64,000 nucleotides of DNA from Polymyxa betae A26-41 (Eukaryota > Protista > Endomyxa: Phytomyxea). The stretch is from positions 186,001 through 250,000 of the forward strand of contig RBZT01000125.1 in assembly GCA_003693705.1 (NCBI GenBank), read 5' to 3'. A program made the translations under genes and the position numbers. Positions 25,301-38,421 of the stretch are shown piece after piece. The notes beneath the pieces are model-generated. The model was not told the DNA's origin. It was given only the letters and a program-made list of their open reading frames with translations, and did not search any database. How positions within the stretch are numbered: the stretch's first letter is position 1; each line of letters opens with the position of its first letter.

Positions 25301-28300
25301 AACTGAAGAATGTAAGTGCAACGAATGGAATTGGCCGAAAAAAACCTTTTCTGGAAGATGATTGCCATTCCTTTGGAGGCGCATTCTTGGGTTAATAATC
25401 GAGAATCGTTCAAAAGGGACGATAATGCAGACTGAATAGTAATTGCATAAGTTTGCCCATCTCCTTAGTTTCCATAAATATTCAGAGTGAATACGACAGT
25501 AAGTATGACCAACCTGACTCAGTCAGTTCCTGTAAGAAAGACTTGACCAGGAAAAGAGTCCAGACTGCCCCAGAGCAACGTGCAATAGCACTGCCTTCTC
25601 GAATGAAACTTTCAAGCAATCTACTCAGCAGCTTCCGAAGAGTGGTTCGGTTGTTAGCAACAGAGCAACAGCCAACCAATGCGTCACCCTAAATCCCAAT
25701 AATCACTTTTTTAAAAAAGATGCGAACGATAAGCTTACTATTGCAAAAAGCAAATCATCTTGACGAATGTTGCTCAGAGACAGCAAGGATTCAACGACTT
25801 GGTCAGTAGCCGGTTCTCCGGCATATGCCGGAATGCAACCTAATGCTAAAATCGCATTTTCAGAAACCTGCGACTCCATTTGACCCGCTCGAGCTAGTTG
25901 CTGTAGCCGAGTAATAATTTTCGAATACGTCGCCTCTGCTTCGTTCTCAAGCAAGGGGAGGCGGCCCATTGAAGAGATGGTGGAAATAGCCACACAAGCC
26001 CCCGAACAAACTGAACAATAATCAGCAATGCTGTAGATCAGAAACAGGTAATTCTCACTCAATGGATTGTTGTTCCCAAGAAGGGTAATAACAGTTTGGG
26101 TAGCTGAGAGCAGCTCAGTTCTGTTTAATTTGTTATCGAAATTGATTTAGCAGTAGCAGAATATTTCACGTACTCGGGAAACAGCCCGCATTTGAGACAA
26201 GCGCCAATAATGTGACCGAGACCCAAACAGCAACCGTGGATAAAGTTCACGTCCTGTTTGCAGGTTAGGACGAGAATCAGCAGAGCCAGACGTGACTACC
26301 TTCGATGAATTATTCACATCTGCAGTTAATGCAACTAACGTTGAACGCAATTGTTCGATGCTCATGAACGTTGATCCGAACATCAGTCCAAGCAAGTGAG
26401 CGAAATTGGATCTAGTTCCTTGTTCGGCACTCTTCGTCAGCACCTCAATAGTCCACTCCAATCTCTGTAGACCAAATGTTTGAGTTGGATTGCTAAAATT
26501 GGGGAAATCTTCAAACTGTTTTGCAGATAGGGCGGAGGGAGGAATCCGGGCTAGACTTAACGATCTGCAGCAGCGTGAAAGAGGCCTCAAACCGCATATC
26601 CTGAGTCTCAACGCTGCTCGATGGCTTCCTGCTGTCAAACTGGGAGAATAAAAATTGAATGAATCTATCCAGAACTCGATTATCATCTTGACATATCTCA
26701 GATAAAACGGACTTGAGGGTGCTACTTTTCTGTTTGATAACATCAGAAGACATTCTGGAGGCGATAAGCAGAACGTACAAGTTGGACTTCAGAAAAAAGA
26801 CACATTCTTAGAAAAATTATAACGTGTTTCAGAACTACAGCTGATCGAGAAAGCAGGGTGTCATCTTTCTCTAAAATGTAAGACATCATTTCAGAAAATC
26901 TCGGAAACACTGGGACTAAAAGGAGCTTGAGATGTTTCATCAGGTATGAATGTTCAGTATTTACCTTGTGATGGTTCTGATTCAGATGACCGACGCTGTG
27001 GAATTAAAGACTGCTTAGCGGTCTCTCTGACTTCAGCACTGCTATCGGAAACCTGAAGAGCACAATTGATCAATGGAGGGGATCTGCCAAATTATGTGTC
27101 TGACCAAAAGTAATGCAATATATCGAGATTCAAGATCTGCAAACGGAAATAACCGTGATAGCCAGATGAGTGAGCACTGTCGAACGGCATCTAAGGAGTC
27201 CTGAGAGAAGCAGTTCGAGGTCAGCATCTCTGTGATTCTGACTGAGCTTTCAGTAAGAGGAATGCAACCGATTACTTTTGATTTCAGCCCTTGTAGAGGC
27301 GGGAGAGGATTCAGCATAAACGTTAGCCAATAGATAAAGAGCCGTCTTGAGATCTTGCCTGACTTCATCAACATCAACTTGCAGCATTCGAAACAAGAAC
27401 ACAGGAATCTAGAGGTGCTTTAAAGCAGTAAGTTGGGATTGGAGTTGCGAAACCCACCTGTATTGCATTGACAGCAACTGATGGATTCATGCTGATTAGG
27501 TTTGCGATAGCATCATATATAAGGCCTGCAGAATTTCAACAAACATGAGCGCATGACTAGCGTGTCTATTAACCTCGAATTCGACAGGATTGAAAATTCC
27601 TGGCTACTGATTGTTCGTTGAATCTATCAAAATTTAGTCAGCTGTCATCAGAACAAACAGATCAAAGGCTCGACTTTTGAAACAATTTTAAGAGCGAAAC
27701 AAGCAGAGCATTGCTGGCAAGTTTGATACTTTGACTGCTGCCATGTCGAAGTGTGAATGTCAACAGCTCCATCCCATATTGCGTTAGCTTGATAATGGAA
27801 TGGCTGCCGAACGCCGAATCGAAGATCACCTGAGACCTGATTGACTACAGCCGTAAGCTCCAAAAATCACAATTATGACACCTTCAACACTGAAGCGAAA
27901 GTATTACGAACAGCGTATTCAGATTTACACAGATTTGTAATAAGTTGCATTTTGAGCTGGGCGCTTGCACATCGGTGTAAATCGTCACCTAAAAGCTCGT
28001 ATTAACAGCAGGCGGTAAATGTTGATGAAGAGATCAGAGGGCAAACCTAAGTACAGTGAGAGTAGCTGAGATGAGATTACAGGTTCGTTAACGTCTGCTT
28101 TTCCAAATCGCCTTAGCATGGTGTCTCCAAGATCGACAACCTCTGGGCTTGAATCACTGCAGGCAATTTCACCAGGCAAAAATACCTGAGAGCAGTCAAT
28201 AAAAAATGATTAATATCGTTCAACGGGTGTCACGAACATCATTGGCTTCGAAGAATCCAGAGGAAATAAGAAATCTCAGTACTGAAAGCTTCACATTCTT

Positions 28301-29039
28301 CAGATTGATTATAGAGCGTTCAATTTTAGCAACGCCTTTCCAGGATTCTTGAGAGAATCCAAAATCTGGACCGTCGTCAGATGCCACTGACTTTGAAACC
28401 CACTTCAGAACATTGAAGGTATGACAGATTTACCACTCGACCTGGGACTTTGGATGAAGTAACAGAATGTCTCGAAATGCAGCAATAAGCCATAGCTTAT
28501 CTGAAAGTCGAAAGTTAGCATGAAGGATGCAGAACTTGTTATAATATCATTGAAATACCCGGTAAATTTGATAAAGCAGGAAACATCGAACTATTATGGC
28601 GCGGATCGTTTGCAAATACGATGTGACTCAAACTAGAAATTATGATCTTGATCAGGACTGGGCGATGAGATGACAGTCTTCCCGAGATATTATCGAAAAT
28701 GGAGTTTAACAGAGAAACACGCTCAGAGGGATCAGCGGCCTCAAATCCAGTCTCGACGAACTTGATCAGAAAAGATGAAACTAAGGCTGCTTGGTAAGAG
28801 GGCGATTTGTACAGATTGACCAGTTGTGCTAAAGGCACATGAACGACGCCCTGATTCTGGCATCGTTCATGAATGTGCCCCAGGACTTCAACACATTTTT
28901 CGCGAATCGCTGATTCCTGGCGATTCAGGAGAGGGAGGAGTCGTGGCAGGACCCTCTCCAAGATCGGAGTCAGCTTGTCATCGTCGGTGGCGCCCAGCCT
29001 CAGCAATGTCCTATCTAGGACATCGAGCTCTGACTCCAT
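22365..29039 (-). CDS. ECM29: Proteasome adapter and scaffold protein ECM29 (HEAT repeats), many exons
   Basis: N-terminus ELDVLDRTLLRLGATDDDKLTPILERVLPRLL...REKCVEVLGHI, IWSSKYGAQF, VIPKLYRYQFDP, EQLEAVRLSLSKSSP and GTGLPT all fit ECM29. About 6.7 kb long. Confidence 0.92.
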
Positions 29040-29467
29040 TCTAAGACTATCTCTCTATAGAGAGGTTCTTCCAACAGTACGCTCAGCTGATAATGCGTCG
29101 GCCGCTTCCAGCGAATCACGTTACTGACTTCCAACGCTGGACACGATCTTTAAACGTCGGCTATACGAAAGGTATTCCAGTATGGTGCCCCTATCTCAAG
29201 ACTGCTTGCTTCAAGGAGATGTGAACGCAAACAAGCTTGGGAATGATATCGACAAGCGATCGTCGGCGATCTTTTTGAATGCCGTACGTACTACCCTGGT
29301 AATGATATGGAGCAAGAGTGTGTGCTCTACTCCAAATTGTTGGTTTCGCTCACCCAAGATAAATGCGAATCCATCGCATCATTGCAATGCGGGAATCCGC
29401 ACGTCTGGGGTCTTTCTTCTAGCTAGCAGCATTCAGCAATTCTAGCTGCGAATCTGGATTGAGCAAG

Positions 29468-31041
29468 ATGCCGCCAAGAAGGATTATGTCGCTCGGCCGC
29501 TGTTATGCTCGTCTGTTCACGACGACGCCGATCGCTGGGTTGAGTTATGAACAGAGCCGGATCGCTTTGGTGCAGTCCATGGCCGATCGGCTTGGCAGCG
29601 ATGCCAATGTATCGCTGTCATATACGCGAAAGCGTTCGAATCCGTCGGACGAAAGCATGGACGATAATGAAACGAACATCGGCTCGGCTCCGGATTCCGA
29701 TATGACCATCACGTTCCTTGGTACTTGTGCTGGATCTCCAAGCTCAGTTAGGAATTCGTCTTCGTTGGTGTTGACAATGCCTCATACTGCTTGGATGTTC
29801 GATTGTGGTGAAGGAACTCAACATCGAAGTATCTGTTGTCCATCTATCTGCCTGATCGCTATTGACATGGTTTCCAGTGTTTAAATGCCTTTCGCCCAAA
29901 GTGAAACCAAGTGCTATCGATCGTATCTTCATTACACATTTGCATGGAGATCATGTACTAGGACTGCCTGGAATGCTTCTTTTTCTGAATAATGCCAATC
30001 CGACACGAGTTCTTCCACTTCATATTCATGGGCCACCTGGCCTTCGATCTTATATCCACAATGTGCTCAGGTTGAAACGAAATCACCGATCTGGACAAAC
30101 CGAGCTAATCTGCGATTCTCTAATAGGTCAATAGGCAGCTACATTCAGATACCTTTTTACGTTCATGAATATTCACCTGTAGACAACGGAAGATTATCTC
30201 GAATGTAAAACCATTTCTAAGATTAACTATTCTATAATACCATGTTGCATTCAGATATAGCGACGGGAAAATGGAAATACATGCAGGAAGAATCAAGCAC
30301 ACGATTGAGTGTTGGGGATTCATTATCACCGAGATGGACAAGAAGGGCGAGCTCAATGTCAAAGCCCTTGAAGATTTAGGCGTACCTAAAGGTACCAGGA
30401 ACTGCTTGCACACTTGTGTGTGCTTTGTTCAGACAACATTTTAGGTCCATGCTATGGCCAGCTGAAGGCCGGTGAATCCATACTGTTGCCTGATGGACGT
30501 ATCCTAAACGGAAACGATTTCGTGGCTAGTACGATTCCAGGAAGGAAGATTGCCATCTTAGGGGACACTAACAATGCTGATAACTTGATCAATAAGGCGA
30601 AAGGCGCTGGTATTGCAGCAAGTTAATTATTTCCGCTTCGCTCAGATTTCATATTAGATGTTGTAGTCCACGAAGCGACACTTCCCGATCAGGATGAGAG
30701 CGTGGCAATAAGACGTGGCCATTCTACACCTTCTATGGCTGCCAATTTCGCTCGGAAAAGTGATTCGAAACTACTGATTCTGAACCATGTCAGTCCGAAA
30801 GTAAATGAAGAAGGGTTTGCAGTCTGTAATGGCATCCCACCCGTAGACATTCGTCAGCAGGCAGTAGGCACATTTGGTTCGGGTAAAAACCATAACCAGA
30901 AGCTATACCGCTCTCTGATTTTTTTTTCCAGAAAATGTTTTAGTTGCTGTCGACTATCTTCGAGTTGATGTCAGCAGGAAAAGTGCAGTAGAAAGGCGGA
31001 AAGGCCCAAACCATCAGATCCACTCAAACCCGGGTCAATAA
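29468..31041 (+). CDS. rnz: Ribonuclease Z, short form (tRNA 3'-endonuclease) with N-terminal extension
   Basis: [40 protein letters not shown], exosite [39 protein letters not shown]. Confidence 0.94.
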
Positions 31042-31299
31042 TAAACTACTAATTTGTTTATATACCTAAACTGTTTGGATGCCTGCCTAGGTAGTAGCGC
31101 TTGTTAAAAACGCTAAAATTTTCATTAACTTTTTTTCCATTTTTTTGACAAGCACGGCGAATATATTACGTTGCATCTAAGTGTCGCCCTGTCACATTAT
31201 AACTGTCCTTGATCGGAACTGAACCGCTCATTTGCTTTCTAATCCCTAACTAGTGACGTCGACGGCGGCGAACGATCGACGCCGAGAGGCTTCTTCAGA

Positions 31300-32371
31300 A
31301 TGGCTACGACCGCCGCCGAGAAGTTACGGATCGCGACACACTTCATCTTGCAGAGCCCGACCGGGCAAATCGATCAGGTCTTACGTGATGTTCGGGTTCT
31401 GCTCGGCAGCGATGCCTCAGTCCTGGGTAAAATCCAAATGGAGGCGATCCTAACCAAATACAATCAAACGCAATTTGTATTCGCAACATCTCCTGATTCA
31501 CCTGATCATAATATCCTTTGCTGCCCTCAAGCTTTTGTTGATGGGTCTATCTATTTTGATCCGATCGCAAAGAAGGTAATACCATTTTGGACTTACAAAA
31601 TCAACGATTTAGTAAATCTTTTGCAGCACTATAAATTTGATAATATCAATCGCACCTGGAGTGCAGACAGCAGCAAACCCAAATCGCTGAATTCCAACAT
31701 CGAGCAGTATCGTGCATTAATCCAGGATGCTGTTCAGAAATATGCAAGCAGCACGTATTTAGACGCTAGCAAATATGCAACGGGCGTCTTCGCAAATGAT
31801 CAAGGTTCTGACCTAACGCCTATGCCTTTCGCTTTTGACAAACTGCCTTTAGGTGACATTACCATGATCATTAGCGCCAAGAATGTTGCACTGCATAATT
31901 TCTGGTCAGGAAGCTGGCGTGGCATTTTCACAATGAACGTGAGTGAACAAGGCCTTACGCAGCTGTCCGCTCGTATCAAGATTAACGTGCATTACTTTGA
32001 AGACGGAAACGTTCAGCTCAACACGGAATTCAACCAAACTGAAACTATTAAGGTAGAAATAAGGCAATCTGGGAGTTGGATGTTGTCCCAAACATTGAGT
32101 AGGTTGAAGAACCAGGTGCTACAGCAGCGAATGTTTATTCGATAATGGACTCAATCGAATCCGAGTTCCAAACCAAGCTGGAAGAGCTCTACGTTGATAT
32201 GCACAAATATACATTCACAGGAATGCGCCGGTTCCTTCCAGTAACTCGTAATCCGATGGATTGTAAGGCTATGAACACAGACCTTGTAATGTTTTTCTCA
32301 AATGTTTTGTAGGGAACCCCAATGCTCATAAACTAGCGCCCCAATTAAAAATTAATCAAATCTATGAATAA
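31300..32371 (+). CDS. CAPZA: F-actin capping protein subunit alpha
   Basis: FILQSPTGQIDQVLRDVR, NFWSGSWR, INVHYFEDGNVQLN, MRRFLPVTR. Confidence 0.95.
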
Positions 32372-32427
32372 CCTTATTAAAGAATGGAGTATGTGCAATC
32401 TCTGAGTAAATATAATTTTTGAATTGT

Positions 32428-34005
32428 TTAACCGCAATCGGACTTGCAATCATCACCGCCTAATGGCTCGACTTGAATAGTGGAATGCGTAATACCAAAT
32501 TGTTCTTTTAGAATTCGTTGAGATGATGATAATATCTGAAAGATGGTCATTACACGACCTATAAATTTGTGCCAAAGGACAAACCGCTTCTTGATGACCA
32601 ATCTTGTCGACTTCTAAATGTACAGACAGCGATGTTTTGCCCGGTTTAATAGACCAGATATGGAGATCATGGACTTTCCTAACGTGAGCCACATCTTGGA
32701 GCTTTCTTCTCACCATTTTGTTGTTAATGTGCGTCGGGGCTCCTTCCATCAAAACGTGAACACACTCTCGAAGTAGACCTATCAGTCGCTGAACAATTGA
32801 AGGGAACCGAAATTGCATGAGGGCATACCGAGCGTTGAGAATAAGACAATAATACCAAATCCGAATGTGCAGATAGGGTCGATAAAGACCCAATTCGGGT
32901 GATACCAGATTAACGCTGAAGCAATAATCACTCCGACCTTGTATACAATCAATACCAAACAGAAGGATTCACTCAGCGAGCTAACCGATTGAACCATATC
33001 ACCAATCGCATGGACAATTGCAGCTCTAACATTGAGGTTCTCATGGCTGGGATGTTGATATTGCTCGAGCAACGGGTTCTCCAGATCCTTTGAACTGATC
33101 AGCAATTCTATTCGGAAAGTTGTTTGTTGGGCACTTTTAAGTCACTGTGACTATGAGAATGGCCATGCGACAGGTTCGGCTTGGATCCACATTCATCAGC
33201 ATGGGCATGAGAATGGCCATGCGACCCACTAGCATGTGAATGGCCATGCGACTCAGTGGAATGTGAATGGCCATGAGATCCATGAGAGTGCGAATGGCCT
33301 GAAGAATGCAGTACAAGAGCAATGATTGCATTAACAACAAGGCCAAGGCAGGCCAAAATCAACATCAGTTCTCCGTTGATGGGCGCTGGATTTTGTAAGC
33401 GATAAAACGCTTCTACAAACAATCCTCCAGTGACGACCCAGATCAAAATAATACTGAGGAGAGCGCCAATAATTTCAGTTCTGTACCTACCGCACGTTAA
33501 TCAATCTGTTGCTGGAATTTGAAATTACCTAACCATCCAAAGGAAAGGTGTTCGGTTGCTGGTCTAGCAGACAGCCACAATGCAAACACTGATATGAGGA
33601 ATCCTAATGAGGATCAATCATCTGCTTCCCATACAGAAATTCAAAAGCACACCTGCCAAATCAGCAAGCAGATGAGCGGCATCTGTCATTATTGCCAGAG
33701 AATTAGCAACGTATCCACCAGCAGCTTCGGCCACCATAAAAAACACACAGAACAAGGCGGCAATTAGTAGTTTTCTTTGAGCTGCAGCAGCATCTCTAGA
33801 CACCATAAGAAAAAAGAAGGATTTAGGGTACGCAATAATACCCTGAAACAAGGGCGTCAGCGGCTAATCCAGTACCAGGCCCAGCATGAATGGCGGTTAG
33901 CAATTCTAGCTGCGGATCGTCGGATTTGGTAGGATTTGCGTCCAGCCTATCTAAAGCGATGTCGCCGCTGGCACTGTCCACATGGCACATGGAGCAGCTG
34001 GACAT
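32428..34005 (-). CDS. Cation diffusion facilitator zinc transporter (ZnT/MTP1-like) with His-rich loop
   Basis: [17 protein letters not shown], His-rich SHGHSH repeats, [47 protein letters not shown]. Confidence 0.95.
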
Positions 34006-34357
34006 GGCTTAAGCAGTAGGGAGGAACACCTCGAGGAACAGGCAAACCAGGTTCCAGACAGGTAGAGCCGCGATCGTGCTGCAACAAGCGATCAGCTTGC
34101 AGTCGTTAGGGTAAGTGTGACGGCTATGACCGAAAAATTCTGGAACGAATGCGAGCGGGAACCCGAATACCGGCCCGATATTCAGAGAGTAACAAGACAG
34201 GCGGTCACTGCAATGTAGGAAATGGACGAGAGCACAAAATGGAACAGCAGGCAGGCGCAGTTTGTGTCAAACCTCACCATGATAGGCCGATGGCTGCGGA
34301 GTAAGGGCACCGCAATTGCATTCGAATTTGTTCCTTGTTTATTGCTGAACGTAAAAA

Positions 34358-35681
34358 TCATCTCCATTGGATTAGCGCTCTGCTCATAGGAATGATGTCC
34401 TCGTGGTAAAGTTCCAATCGAAGGTCAGGAAAGACGGTTCGCAAATCTGCAACGAGGGCAATATCGATGCCTTTCGTTCTTACCGCGATTATATGATAAA
34501 GTTGGGGACAACCTTTTCAATTGATTAGAACGACTTTGACAATCTTTGAAATTCCATACCTTGCATCAGCTCAAATAACGATTGCCTGTCAGTTATGCCG
34601 AATGAAATGTCAATTTTCTCCAAATTGCGGCACGTTTGGGATAGGGAAGAAATAACAGCGGGCGTAGCCCCAGCTTCCGCAACCAACAGGGAGATTAAAT
34701 TTGGGCAGGAATTGCTAATCGCTAATAAGCCTTGCTCTGTGACACGAGAACATAAGTTGATATCAAGATGCTTAACAACTCTCGCTGACGTCGAAGAGCA
34801 GAACGAATCGATTCCGGTGTCGGTTATTTGCGAGCAGCGGGCAATAGAAAGGTGCTTCAACGATTGTGGCAAACAATTCAAAGCCGCATCGGTAAGAAGC
34901 TGACAACCATCCAGCTCTAGACGTTCCAGATTTTGACACAATTCTCCGACAGCTTGAATTCCAGTATCCGATATCGATTCACACTTGTTGAGATCGAGAC
35001 GTCTGAGCGCTTGCCCACAAACACGAAGACATTGAATGAGATCTGTTGACAATGAAAGATGCTAAGACTGCAGCAAAGAAAGTTACCTGAATCAACCAAA
35101 CGGCTATGATCTTGAAAGCTTAATTGCTGAACTGACCGAAGACGGAGCTCGGGATTCATTTTGTAAAGTTTCGCCAAAAAATCGCTTTGACAGGTTAGCG
35201 AACGGAGCTTGGGAGCTCGACTAAGCCAAACACAATGATCGCGAATGTCCGAACAATAAGGAATCGGCAATGTCATCGCTTTGACTTTTTTCCAAATGCC
35301 AGGATCAGCAGAAACCTCGAACAGATATCGACATGTATGCCGAACATTACAGAATGAATCGCCGAACCCAACAAGCTCGAAAATCATCAGCCAAAGTTCA
35401 TCCGGAAGCAGAATTGAATCGCGAGGCGGCCAGAGCTGAAGATCTGGATACAATGCCAGCAGCTGTTCGGTAAACGAGACACGTTCGCCATACTCCAGAT
35501 CAGAGAGAATCGTTTCTTCGATCTCTTTGGCTTCAGCAAAGTAGAGAAGGCTTTGGATCTGGGGAAGCGTCACTTGCGCCTTCCCATTCATTGCATTATT
35601 GATTAGCTCCAACAAACAGCGTTGCTGTTCGGCTGCTGTACTCCAGCGAAAGCGCTCCAGCGCCGAGCTTGAACGTGACAT
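34358..35681 (-). CDS. F-box/LRR-repeat protein
   Basis: F-box LLPDELWLMIFELV...VRHTCR followed by cysteine-containing LRRs (LDLNKCESISDTGI, LELDGCQLLTDAAL, LSIARCSQITDTGI). Confidence 0.92.
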
Positions 35682-36115
35682 GAACTCAGTACTATAAAAC
35701 TGTAGTTAAAGATGGAAAGATATTAGCAGGAATGGGGCCATGAGAGCCACAGACTACGTAATAATGTATCGTTAAATCAGGCTACAGGAGAGTGTCAGTA
35801 GCCTATAGGGGAGCGTAAAGCACTGACTTTTTATAGAAAAAAATTAAAAAATAATGATAATGACGCATTCATGGTTGCGCTTTGCTGGGCATCAGTGGCA
35901 GGCAACAGGATTGTGACATCCGATATCTTTTTTGCTTAGCACCTCTCTTTCGTGAGTTTGATCCCGTTTCATATTGCGATTACTGTGTTTCATCGTCGAT
36001 GATTAGTCTCCTCTAAACCTGGTATGCTTATTTCGTCTGATTATGAGCTAAATACACGTTGAATCAGGTTTTCATAGAACGTGAAACGTGGTTTATTTAC
36101 AGTTTGGACATGATG

Positions 36116-38223
36116 TCAACTCAATTGTTTTATGTGCAAAATCTTACCATTTCGATTGGGTAAAAAGATGGGAGGTGTCTTGAATGGTGCTGGCGTCGGA
36201 GTCTGTCGAGCTGGCGTCGGAGTCTGTCGAGCTGCAGACGAGACAGACGACAGTTTCGAAGGCAGTCGACTCCCAACACTGCTGACAGATGGCGGTAATA
36301 CCAGCCCACAGACGTCCGTCGTGATATTCAGGTACCTTTGCAACGACCGTGTTGACGTTTGCGATTTCGGGATGTAGACTTGCAGCGGGCCATTCCTGGA
36401 TAATGCCGCCCGGGTCTGGTTCGTATCCAGCATTGGCCGTTTCGGATGCGGAATCGGATCTCCGACACAGAGTTTACGAACGGCACTGCTGCGCTGACAC
36501 AAGATCGTGTGATTGGTCAGATAAGCGAAGGCGCAATTGGCATCGTATGAATAACGTCCTGAATGGACATTAAACCCGCTCAAGGTTGGGCTGTCCATGG
36601 CGCCTATACCGAACCAGGTCAACCTAGATTCCACGTTTAGCTTGTCCCAGAGCGCACGGTCCTCCGGGTCGTACTGGAAATGGACATGCGGCCCGCTCCA
36701 CGATCCTCCTTCACATAGCGCGTCGGTGATGGTTGCTGCCACGTTCGACAGCTTCTGTCCAGTTAGGACTTGATCGCCGACCTTTACGATAGGATTGACG
36801 ATATGCTGTTCAGGGATTCAGTCATCGGTCATTTATGATCGTGCTCGTACATAGTAGAGGGTCTTCCATCCATACCCGTGATCGATTTCAACTCTGCATT
36901 TCGAGACCGACGAGACGGTTCCTGGCGCTGAGAAACAATTTCACATTTAGACAGCGCCCAAGAACTGCTTCCTGACCGGCGGCGACCACCGTCCATGTAA
37001 GGGGAGACGATCTCCTGAAATCAGATCGGCTGAAATCTAACGCCGTATAATGCATGTTGATAGGACTCGACTGCACGATCTGCTGCGTCGATAACGACAG
37101 CGCCAGAGCCTCATTTGAGGCGGCGAACATATCGCCTCGACCATGAGCGCTGCCTCCGATCGTCCACGTCTCACCTTCTGGGTACCTAGGCAGACGTTGA
37201 CCACGAATAGAACACTTCTAACGTTAATCAATACGGTAGGTGAAAAACATCCGGCGGAGGTCGAAGACAATCGGTTGTGCAGGACGACGTTGCTGTTATG
37301 ATTTGCTGATCATAGACTCGTCCTCGGTATCTGACACGATATAAGCTGGGTCCAGCACCTCCATTTCCTATCAACGACCCGATCTGTGCGTATGTTCAGC
37401 GATTTGGCTTTGATAATCCAGATGGTAACGCTCACATCACGCCCAGCGCTGAAAAACCCGTTGAATCGCTTGGTTAAGGTCGTCAATGAGGTGATATTTG
37501 TGGTTGAACCTGAATCCAGATTGACCAGTTCGATATTGATTGGTGCACCAGGCTGATATCCTGACATTTCCGGGTATCAGATCATAAGATTGACGATGAT
37601 GGATTCAGATTCGCACCTTGGAAAGAGCAGCAGATCGTCAGATAGCCTTCAGAGAGCTGATTGATGTTCAGAACCGAGATGGAGTTGATGGCGCCTTGTG
37701 GCTGGCTACAATCGGCATTCGCTCCGGGCAGGACCGATAGAGCCGCTGCAAATGGCGGCCCTGAGACTTTGACAGATGCGGTTCCTTGAAGAACAGAATT
37801 CAGATAAATGGATGCCTTGAAGGCGTCGTTGTCGGATGTCAGAAGCGTCCATATATACATCGAAGAATACGATAGCTTGTAGCATGCTACGACAATGTAA
37901 GAAGTTGTCTTTGCGCTCCAGATGAAAATATTGGTGAAGATACCTGAAGACGGCAAATTGGATGTTTTCAGAGCAGTTTGAAAATCGCCTCCAGAGCTAG
38001 TCCCAACTCGCAGCTCGAGAGTGCCAGATGTGTATCCTTGCCATGCGAACAGAATGAAGATTTTACCATCAGAAGAAGCAGGAAGACTTGATGAAGATGG
38101 TGTTATTGAGCAGTCCCAACCCAATGGAACCGTTGATGTTAGCGAAATTCCTGATAAAGTAAATGCTTCTGACACAGACAAAATCACAGAAAGTTGCAAA
38201 ATAAATCCAATTAAAGGATACAT
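36116..38223 (-). CDS. Secreted M23A (LasA/beta-lytic-like) zinc metallopeptidase, paralog A; 3' end uncertain
   Basis: Signal peptide (..ILSVSEA|FTL). Spliced core GGSAHG...HYTALDF...WTVVAAAPGTVSSVSKCRVEIDHGYGWKTLYYHIVNPIVKVGDQVLTGQKL...DALCEGGSWSGPHVHFQ...GRYSYDANC. Confidence 0.88.
36189..36234. repeat. 21-bp perfect tandem repeat encoding ARQTPTP x2 in the paralog A tail
   Basis: gctggcgtcggagtctgtcga appears twice. Confidence 0.9.
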
Positions 38224-38421
38224 TCTTAAGAGTCAACGTCGTCAGAACAATAGATATTGAACTGGTAGATATTCATGGCGCCATAAAAATCTGGTATGAA
38301 ATGAGGACGTTAAAATCGATCCAGGACAAAAATCAGGGACAGCATGAAACGACTCAATGGCTACCTAGAATTAGACATGTATCCTGGAATTTGCAAAGCC
38401 AACAGACCAATGTATTCGATA

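Noticed and set aside
33150-33300. Repeated gaatggccatg DNA motif
   Set aside because: Explained by the SHGHSH His-rich loop typical of CDF zinc transporters.
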